NCBI GenBank assembly: GCA_964200185.2
Contig: CAXNAD020000034.1
Span: 1-38,744, forward strand
From: Choristocarpus tenellus KU-1152
Taxonomy: Eukaryota; Protista; Phaeophyceae
Length of the DNA stretch: 38,744 nucleotides
Reading direction: 5' to 3'
The notes below the pieces were generated by a model that was not told the DNA's origin, did no database searches, and worked only from the letters and a program-made list of their open reading frames with translations. Below, in pieces: positions 25,229-36,100 of the stretch (positions are counted from its first letter, which is position 1; every line of letters starts with the position of its first letter). The translations under genes were made by a program, and so were the position numbers.

Positions 25229-28200
25229 ATGATAGCCTCGAAGCGCAGGCTAGACTTTCGTTTTGCGGATGAAGAGGATGTAGATGATATATTGCAGCTG
25301 GTAAGTGTAGTGCCCACAATGTTTAAGTTACTACCACTTCACCCTTCACAATCAGAGTAGATCATCCAGTCTGAACGAGAGTTTGTCATTGCACCCAATA
25401 GTTCATCATTCTCACAACGCGCTTGAAATACCCCAAGATTCCAATACCTCATGACGATGGACTAAGTATAAATTGCCAGTCGAGATATTTGCATACCAAT
25501 CGCACCCTAACAACGACAATTTTGACCTGAAGGTAAATCGTGCCTACGCGGTCGAGAAGGGGGAAGTTGGAGTGGCATTCACCACCCAAGACCGCATTAC
25601 AGAAGAAGAGTTGAGTGAGAACCCTGCGTGATATTTGAAGCACTGGCGTCCCGTTCTGCACTCTGAACTTTAGCCCCATGCCCACAACAATATTTTCCCA
25701 AGAAGAAATCTTGGAACCTGTTACGATGTGGATATGAAGGATATGAGAGTATTTCCATATACTCTTGACAGAGATCACAACCAATGGTAGTGTAGATCCA
25801 TTTTATAATAGGTTGGCGTAGGTGAGTGGCCTTTTGTTGACCACATCGTATTTGACAAGGTTTAGTCTGAAAGACAGAAGGTTGTGTCTATGTTGTGTTA
25901 CAAATGCAATATCAGGTGCACTTCTCAATCAATGGAGCCAGGGATAGATGGCTGGTAATGGAGACACCATTTCCAGAGGAGAGAGTAGTGGCCTGTCTGT
26001 TGCTCCACAAAGGAGACTCACCTGGCAAGGTGATCATGAATTTGGCGGGCATTTACACATAACAATGGTATCTATAGTAGAAGAGGTAAGTCCTCACCCA
26101 ACAAGTGTTAGATTTCCTGGCAATCTCCTGGTGACCTTATTCCTGAGTCATATTTGTGAGCCACATGACTAACTGGGGAACGAAGTTTTTAAGTTGTGGC
26201 AATTGAAGTCAGATTGCATTCCTAAGGACCTGATGTCCCAGTGGAACCTATCCTCTTCCGGAAAAAATCATTATTCGAAGTAAGGATCAATGTAGATTGT
26301 GCAGCCATCCTGTACCTGATGATTCCAACAATGCTCTTAGTGTGTAGCAAACCCTCCTATTGATACGAAATACTGCCTATGCTTCTTTTTCAACTTTAAA
26401 CCCAATAGAGGTTCACGCTCTCCACCACAGTGTAACTGACCTCTCTCCATTCCGTATTGACTGCAGGGTCGAGTTGAAGTGCTAGCTGTGGAACCATCGT
26501 TGCAGCAGAGCGGTGTAGGGTCTCATATCCTTCGGAAGGCAGAGGGTATACTCCTGAGTCACCGATGCAGGTATGATGTTAGGTTGACTAAGATCGTGGA
26601 AAACGCTTTTGGGCTCATATTCTTCAATCTACACATTTTGAAACCTGAGACAGAACCAGGCATTGTGATTTTTTTTAGTATGGAGGTGTAGACTTAGATG
26701 TCTTAATCAGGATTCCCGTCAACTGTTAGTTTCCTAGCACATGGTGAGTTTGATTTTCATTCAAGATAAGTAGACACATGAAACTGTTTCAAGCAGTACT
26801 GCACTTTCCGCTGAGGGCATTATTCCATCTTTGTTAATAGGCTTGTCACCATGAGAGTGGGCCACTGGCAAGACATTATAATTAAATGGGCTGGAGCCAG
26901 GGGGTACAAGGAAACAGGGGGAGGAATGTGGAGTGAGCTGGGGGGAGATAGTGCTGCGGATCTGACCAGACCAACTCGTTATCTGGACCTCACGGTGAGA
27001 ATGATTGGGTTCATGAAATGTTGGTTGTTAATCATTGAGTTGCCTTCCTTGTATGTTGTTGTGGTTTATGGATCACATCTAAGAGGCACTAGAAGTCGGC
27101 TGTCAGTCACTAACTACTTTCAAGTGCCAACTGGACACCATCTTGCCTCTACATAGAATTTGGGAATCAACCTGTATGCTTCTATGCCTGTTTATACATC
27201 CCATGTATATTTATGTGTTTTGCCAGTGTAGACGTGAAGTACAAGCAAATGAAGCAATACCTTCACACCATCACTCTGTAAGTCGCTGGTCCTGGCAAGA
27301 CCTAGAAATATCTCAATGGGTACTTCTTGACACTATGGCCTCTGAGAAACAGATTGCTCCATGTTGTTCAAAAGAACATACATTTTTCAGCTATCTGTAT
27401 CATGGTAGCAAGCTTCACTGCTAATCCTGGGTAAGCAGCCATACATTTTATTACACAGTGTTTGACTGTAGGATTGAGCACATGAGGTAGGCTGCACTAT
27501 TCGAAAGACAGAAGAGTGGCAACAGTGTGGCTGCCCAGGTCCTTTGGCTTCCACCTGCTTTCCTGTACTTTTTTCATGAGAAAGGAAAGGAAGAACAGCT
27601 TTAGGTGCCTCCTTGATCAACACTACCACTATTTAGTATGTCAATCAACACTATTATTCACCGGTTCCTCAAAGAGAAGGTTTATTGACAATGCTTTTTG
27701 GTTCCTCCAATTCTGATTACTACTCCAAAATTCCAAAATGTGTGTATGTGGCACTCTCGCAAGCTTCTCAATCCTATCTTACTATCAGTGCTGAGTCACG
27801 CATTCTAACAGAACTACAATTTCCTCAATCCTGTTTGGCACACTGACAAGCGAGATCTGCTCAAAGACCAAAGTGTAGTGTCAACATCTGGCATCGGTAC
27901 CCCATGTCATAATGCTGCCATTAAAGCAGTAGAGGCAAGGGTTGCTTCAGCTACATGTGGGGTAGATCTGCGCACAGAGTACATGTGTAGGGAACAAGGC
28001 AGGACACTCTCCGCTACCCAGAATCATTTAATGGCATCAGATTATGGGCTTTTGACATCAACAGAAACCAAGGTAAAACGTCAACCAGGACACTTCCACA
28101 TGTAGTTTTCATTGTGCAACATATTTGCCTAAAACTTTGAGCGACTGAGTTGGAGGTGAGAAGGGTTCATATCCTACGTTTGTCCCAACTCCTACTCGTT

Positions 28201-29312
28201 CTGGAGCAGCCCAAAACATACTTCTGTGGGAATTGTCCTTAATAATTGTTTTGGAACCTCACTCGTTGCCCATGTAGAATATGTACACTCTACCCAAACA
28301 GCATCAAGTCCCCCACAGTATTAGCCAGTCAACATCTTACTGAAATTTAATATTGCTCCTACTTTAAATGGGTACATAGTCGTGTATGATTACACTTATC
28401 CTAGCTTGCCTTAAACTTTATAGACAGGATGAGACCAGTACAAGAAGCAAGGCTTGTTCAGTGTGCATGTAAAACCAAGCTGTCTTATCGATGCAATGAT
28501 GGATCATTATTTGAGCACCACTTCACCCTCTACAGGATGCCCAATGTTGCAAAAATATAGCACAATATCAGGCACACTCTGGTAGCATTTCTCAGATGTT
28601 CCGAGGTATCATTTCCCCTACATAATGACCATATAAGCAGGGTTTCCATACATCTCCCCCTCAGGCATGCTAATAATGCTGGAAATTGAAGTAGTATAGG
28701 ATTCTACACTTCCTGACCTGCCGTCACTGTTGTCGCTTTGTATTGCCTAGTATTTTCATTGTCCCATTTATGCTAATACTCTGACAGCCTTGCTTGTGCA
28801 ACCTCTTTTCTTAATTTGCAAGCACTCTCCAACAAGCCAAAAGTCAGAAAGCAATATGTGAAGAGGCAAGAGTTGCTACCTATGTTATTTCAACCTCCAC
28901 CACCTCAACAGCCCTGCTCTTGCATATGAAACATCTACAGTTCAAGGTCAACAATGTTTACAACCTTGCTCCAATAACTGACTGGGGCATAGGCTCAGAA
29001 GATGCAGCAAAAAAGGTTGACACTCTTCACTTACAGGCACTTAAATCCAAGCAACAGTTCAACCCTGCACATGCCATCACCAGTCCAACCTCTGAACCAT
29101 CACCCAAGGAAGAGAACGATGGCACAATGGTTGGGGGTAAAGGACGACAGCATCTGTTATCTGATAAGAACAAAGGGATGGAAAGTCTCCTCAGATCCCT
29201 CATGCAGGCCCTTCATACCAATGAAGGAATGGCGGAGTTTTCTAAGTTGGTGAAAAACAATACCAGGTCCTGCGACCATGATCAAGAATACCAAGATGCT
29301 GAACATCTATGA
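25229..29312 (+). CDS. GNAT-family N-acetyltransferase, spliced
   Basis: Exons 25229-25300 (MIASKRRLDFRFADEEDVDDILQL), 25533-~25610 (VNRAYAVEKGEVGVAF...), 25916-26029 (DRWLVME...VVACLLL), 26467-26570 (GRVEVLAVEPSLQQSGVGSHILRKAE = acetyl-CoA motif A, V.P..Q..G.G..L), 26841-26994 (IIKWAGARGYKETG = motif B), last exon 28941 or 29037 to 29312. Exon 2 donor and last-exon acceptor are uncertain. Confidence 0.82.
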
Positions 29313-30102
29313 TTGCTCAAGTCAGGCTTTTGAGGTTCTCCGTATTGTTCAGGATACAACACAATGTTTTAACACATGTGATGGATGCCAAATATTTTGT
29401 CAATTGTCCAATTGAGGCATTCAAAGATACAAAAGTGTCAACAGCAACCATAGTGGGGGGGATTGAGATCTTGAAACTGGCTGGGGAGGTCAGCATGAAA
29501 GTGGAGGGGCAACCTTGCACCAAAGCATGATCTGGTCCTTCATGCCCTCAAATATTGTACAGTTTCAGTTGTATCACACATAAGAATGCTTTTACGTTTT
29601 AATTTAGTATCTTGCGTCTTGTTTGGATGTCTATATCCAACTATCATTCCAGATAACATTTTCAACAAAATTTTTCACCAGCAGGTTAGATGCATAGTAG
29701 GGGAGAGGGTTACCTCAAGAATAAATAACCCCCGTCTGCCTTGAACATTTAAGTGTTTCTATTTTATCTTTCAGGGGATTACCTACGCATTGCACTAACA
29801 CTGAGTGCCACTACAGAGTAAAGAATATGGTTATAGCTGTTGGTAGAAATGAAACTGTGGAAAGCCAATTAACAATCAAGAACCACATCATCGCAACATG
29901 TCCCCTATCTACACCGTAACTAACAACCACCTCAAGAATTGAATAGCAATTGGACTGAGATTCAAATTCAAATCTCAAAGCTACCACCAAGACATGCTCT
30001 CACAGTACATGCCAAATCTGTGCCTACATTTGCTTAAGTCTATTTGTCACGAGTGACACTTGAGCAACTGCACTACTACATGCAACATGCCCATAAATAT
30101 TT

Positions 30103-33100
30103 CTATTCCCGACGCCACACGGTGGCTTCAGCCGAAATGTACATAAACTTCAGTTCTGAAAGCGGCACTGCACAAGGAAGGACCTCTTGATGAATAAGCT
30201 TGAATTCACTTCCCAGGCCACGAGAGATTCCTGACAAGGATGACACCTATGATTGTGTGGATTAAGACATTCAACAGCAAAAAGAAAAGTTCGAAGTGGA
30301 ACAACAAATTTCAGTTGACCACACAAAAAAATGTCAGCAGTAGATGTGAATATTGGTGGTACACTTGATTATGTCATCCTGATCTGCAGGTCCCCCAATA
30401 TAATGTATGTGGGAAAAGCTCCTGTTTGTCCTCAAAATCATCACGCTGCCAAGTTTTAGGCTGGATCTACCTCCCTGGCTGGGAAGACTCTGAGATATTA
30501 TACACCTATGTTTGTTATCTGTGGAAATTAATCTCAAGTTAAAAATATATATTTAGATCTCTTTTTGCAGGAGAAACCAGCTTGGGGTTGGTAACTGCTG
30601 GATTCCTCATCAAATGTCAGGAGGAGTGAATCAACAACCAATCAAATATATCTATGCCACTATCTCTGAAGGGAGCAATCTATGTAGAATACTCTTAGTC
30701 ACCCACAATACTATAGGGCAATGTCTAATCAAGGACACAATTAAAATTTGCGAAATGGTCAACTTGCACAAAAATAACATCTCCAACAATTCACCATAGG
30801 GTTTCAGCGTATCGCTATCACACTGCAAATATTGCTGAAGGTTCCAACCAAAAAATAAGAACACACCTTGTTGCCATTCTCATCCTCATATCCCCCCAGC
30901 CAGCCCCCCTTTGGAGTGATGGCCTCATTCCAGTCGTACCCAGAGACAATAATGACTATCCCACCAGGACGAACAACACCACGTGCACCGCCCATACGTG
31001 CCAGTAGACCATTTGGGCTCGGCACAGCATCAATCACATTGTGCATCAGAACAGCATCAAAATCTGAGAGGAATTCAGGACAGGAGCACTGTATTATAGT
31101 TGGGCCCTTTTTGATGCTGGTTTATCACTAAGTATGAACTTCCTACCTTCCTCCAAGATAATGGCAGTGAGGGAAGCGGTATGATGTAATGTTCCACATT
31201 TACAGCAAATGGTAGACTTATTTGAAGACAATACTATAAGCAACTCCTTTTGTAGCCGTACCACACCACTGACTAAACCAGAACCTTGCTGTACAAAATA
31301 GTAGTGTTTGATGTAGAATTGGCAAACATATGGAGTTTGATGTAGGGTTAGGGTTAGGGTTTAGTCGGCAGTAAGAAAAAAAGTCCTGTCTAAAACCATT
31401 TTGCATGACAGCAGAACAAGATATCAAAAAAAAAAAGAACCTTGTATTGAGGACCAGGTGTAAGGGCAATCAAGCAACACTCTTGAAAAAAGGGGAACCT
31501 TTTCCCTTCACATCAATCCTCAATCCTCACCAGTCATACTTGGAAGGAGGGACATGGGGTCGCACAGGAGAAACTCCACTGCAGATGGATCCACTCCTTC
31601 CTCGAGCATTGCTTCCTGTGAGACCATCAACCTCTCAGAAGATGGAAGCTGTACAGTTAGTCTCCTGTCAGAAGCCATGGTCGTGGCAGCCTCAATAAGA
31701 CACTTGGATGAATCCACCGCCACCACTTTCCCTGTATTGGAGATGGGGCTATGCTTAATGTTGAAGGGGCAACAAAGGTTTGCACATAGCATGCATGCCA
31801 CCTCCATTGAAACTACTATAGGTAAAAGTGTTCGCCATTGTCAAACCATGTGTAATCCAGCAACTACCTTCAGAGATTCTTCCCCCAGCGCATGAAACCG
31901 TGCGTTTACAGGTATAATACACAAAAGTTGTCACACATAGGTGAGCAAACAACCATCTTCTCACCTACACCTTTGGTCATCTCAAAGGCAGCACCACCAG
32001 ATCCACAGCCTATATCCAGCACTTGCTGCTCAGAGGTCTTGCCCTGATTTTGGAGCATGCGAAGCACAAGTTCACCACATCTACAGCAAAAGTGGTCACA
32101 TACACGCAAGGAATGATGGGTATATGGTATTAGATTGACTCCTTCTCTATGATAGGACCAGAAAAAAGATCTGAAGTATCTTCCGTGATGGGCACTGAAT
32201 AGGAATTCAACCCTATGCACTGTTGGGGCAACAAATGGAATGCTACTGTATACTGTTGTTGTATACTGTTGTCTGAGGACAATCCACTGCAAAAACGAAG
32301 TGCCTCCTAACCCCAGTGCCCCTTCTAATACCAATTCGAACACATAATTCTAATATGCTAGTGTTCAATTTATACCCTGCAAATAATTATATACTGAGAC
32401 TGTCAGGTAGGGGGCATACTCTGCTTCCCGTCTAGGCAGTCATTGAAAATGGAAATAGTAACAGTTTAATCACTTTGGGCTGTCTACAGGCCGATGGATG
32501 AAGCACTAGGGGGAGGAAAAGCCTACCCCCAATGTAAAGATGGGGCACACCTCCCTCGCCTGGTCTGGATGTAACATTTAAATCAACCACTACATCAACA
32601 TGCAAATCACCTTCACACAAACAACACATTGACCTACTACACCTTAAGGAGACCAGGCAGTATTCTCAGTTACCTCTGTGGAAATCGCATACTGCTTGCG
32701 ATGGCTGGATCATTTTCGACCTGTAGAGGATTGCCATAGTGCATAGAGATATTGCGTTTTACCCTTGTTTTATCTTCCTCTTCGTGGCCTTCTCCAACTC
32801 TCATCCCCTTCCCATGAGACCTCCCAAGTGACCGACGGAAAGGATAGCCCCCCACATAAGGTGGTGGTGCATCTGCAGTGTTACACAGGGAAGGTAGTGA
32901 AAAACAAGTAGTGATTTGTAGCAATGATTTGTTGCACAATATGATAGTGTACCAATCTGTTGAGCGTGCTTTCATTATCACAGATCTCCTGCTATGCCAT
33001 GTGTGACATAAATATTCCACCATTCTTCCACAAGAAAATATGAGCATGCAACCTCCACATGACCTTGCTGTACTCTCACCAGTGCATGATGTAACAAAGT

Positions 33101-36100
33101 TTAGTGCCTCATCTGGCTCCACTGGTGCCACGAGCCGGAAGCCAGCATGCTGGTAGAAGTGAGGACGGAAGTGATACCGAGCAAAAACACTAGCCAAATT
33201 GCCTGAGCTTGCAAAGCTGCCCCCCTTGATGATGTGGTGCTGTCCATCGAAGCATGGTGTGGAGAAATCCTGTATCGAAAATAAGGAGGACACGCGAGTG
33301 GAGAAAATGAGGTTGCTTGTGAATCCCTCACTGAAAAGCTGTTGAATCATGGTCTCCAGGTGTCAGTCTCCTCAAGGACGGGGTAAATGGGTTCAAAGTC
33401 CCATTTTAAAAGCTGTCAATGAAAATAATCCTGTTTCAACTGTACATCGTGTAATTTTTAAAAATGGAGTAACAGTCGTAGTATTTTTTAATTTGAAACA
33501 TTGCAAAGGTTCCATGTTGTCTTATTTTCTCTTTGGTGAGTAACGTGCTCACTCTTGTACATACCTCGTACAGGGGATTGATATTGAAGTTGTCAAGTGC
33601 ACTGAAGTTGTCTTCGCACCTAAAAAGGTCCATATGTCAGTGGTCAAGAAATGAGAACGGTTCAGATCAAATGTGATGCAACACTATCAATATCAGGACA
33701 CTACAACTGCACCTGCTTATTCTTGACAGCTTCCTTGAAAGAAACATTTGTTTGCAACCACTGAATGCAAGGATTGCAACATATGACACCCTCCTCTTGC
33801 ATTTTGCACTACACTTCCAGACAGTTACCATTCCCAGGTATTTCCGAAGACATCACTGAAGCCTTTTCCATTGGTAGGCAAGGCATCTACAGGGGCCTCT
33901 GATCCCCATGAGAGATTCAGATTGGCACTGCTGTCCTCCGACATACAACCTTTGGTCGATAGGACAGGGTCAATGCCCTGCAGGAACAGGAGGTACCAGA
34001 GAGACAAACACTCAACATTATGTGCATGAGAGCTTTATCATATAGAGGGTGTTAAGGAAGAGTCGTAGCTTGATTTGCAATCCACAGGCCATGATGAATG
34101 ATAAATTATGCTCAGTGCCTTGTCTTGTGGGTAACCTTGCATATAATCAATCCAAACTGGGAGGATGAGGTAAGATGGGCATTCACCGTTCCCACTTCAG
34201 TGATACTCAATACAGGCGGCAACTGCACCAGAGCAGTTCAAAGCAGTACAGGATTCTTCGAAGCACATGAGTATAGGGATAGTTCATTCTATGGGATCAT
34301 GCTCACTGATATAGTTAACCATTACAATGACATCCACAGATCCGGTGCCTCCCGCCCTCACCTCTGAAAGGGGGGTGAATGAGCTTTCCTGCGCTCCATC
34401 CCTGATCAAGTGGTGCTCCAGCTCTGTCTCCAGGCGATATGCCTTTGCCCCAGCTCCTGTCTACAGAGAAGTGATAGAGGTTGGAAGGCCCTTTTAAGTC
34501 AAATCATCGAGAGTATACAGCTAAGCATGCAGAGTCACCACAAGCCAAAGACCTCACCTGTTTCTCAGTTAAGGTTTTCCAACTTGCGAAGGCCTTCGCC
34601 TCATGAAAGTTCACAATCACAGGCCAGTCCCAGGGCATATGGGTTTCCTCAAAAAGGAGGCGGAGACTGTACTCATGCAGCCCTGTTGGACCCTTGGGAG
34701 AGTGGAAGCAAAGGGCCTAATGTTCAAGGTTCTGACATTACAAGATCTTGAAAATTTCTGCACAACACTAGTCAATAGTGCTGGAAGACCATCAAATAGA
34801 CCCCAAGGTATGTACCTGACACTGTTCTAAGTGCTAAACTGTGCACAAATTCAACCACACATCTTCAAAACATTTAGCTAGCATTGATTGAAGGAAAGTA
34901 TATAGCTACATACGCCAAGTACTTGAATAATACTCCCATAAATATTATTGATGGGTTAGGGTGCCCTGGGTTTCTAAGAGACATGCGGGAGAGACATCTC
35001 TGGTTAGGTACATCCTGCTGGCAATTTTTAAGTATCGTCAGCGGATGTTGTACCACATCCTGCATGCATTCCACACACAGAACAGTGCTTTTCCGTTAGG
35101 CAAATGTCCTTTACATTATATTGACATGCATGATAAGTGAACCAGTTTCGCCAACAATGGGCTTATTTCTGCAACACCTTTGCAAATGGTCACTACCACT
35201 GCATCCCAACCACATGCAGCCTACTATCAGTGGTCTGTGATAAGCTTTCTCATATATTTCACTGATACTTATCTGGAGTGTATACTGATTATTTGCTTAG
35301 TTCGAGAACATTTTTCCGGGAAGGATGTGGATTTAAGGCAGAACATTATACTTTGCTTAAATCCTGTGAAGAAGGAAGACTTCCCACTTGCTCCTAATGG
35401 TGTCAATATATATATATATATAATATATTGTAGCCAAGGCTGTACCTTCTCAGAACTTACCTGTGGAACCCAGAACTGTGGGTGCTTGATATTCCTGAAC
35501 ATTTTCCAGCCCCACCCATCCTCAGTCCACAACTCATTCCTTGCATACCCAGCATCTTTCACGAACTCAAGGAATTCCCCATTAGAAATCAGGTATTGAG
35601 AGGCCTGAAAAGGAGAAGCAGAGAAGGTCCTTGACCCATACTCGTTGTCCCAGCCATAACTGACACAGGTGGTCAACTAGATCAGGGACTTATCGTTGTG
35701 AGATGCACAAAAGATGCTGTTGGGTGACCAGTGCAATTCTACACTCAACGATCTTGCCATGTTGAACTCAAGAAGCACAAATCTTAATTCTACAAGTCAT
35801 AGGATCTTGATAAACCAGTGGCAAAATCAGAAGTCATGGAGGTTGCCTGTAGTGCACAAAGCAGCAATATACCTGGGGAAGTCCACATGCTTTCCTATTG
35901 TAACAGAACCACCATCCACACTTATGAGTTGGTTGGTGGGGTAGTTCACTCCTTTTATTGGGGAGGCCACTTGGTCTTGGCTGGATGAAGGGTGCACATT
36001 TGGCCAGAACATTGGCTCCATCAAAAACTTGAGATCCATTTCACGCATAAGCACACTGTCAAGTGGGGATGCACAAAATGGAGTGAGCATTGACATGAAT

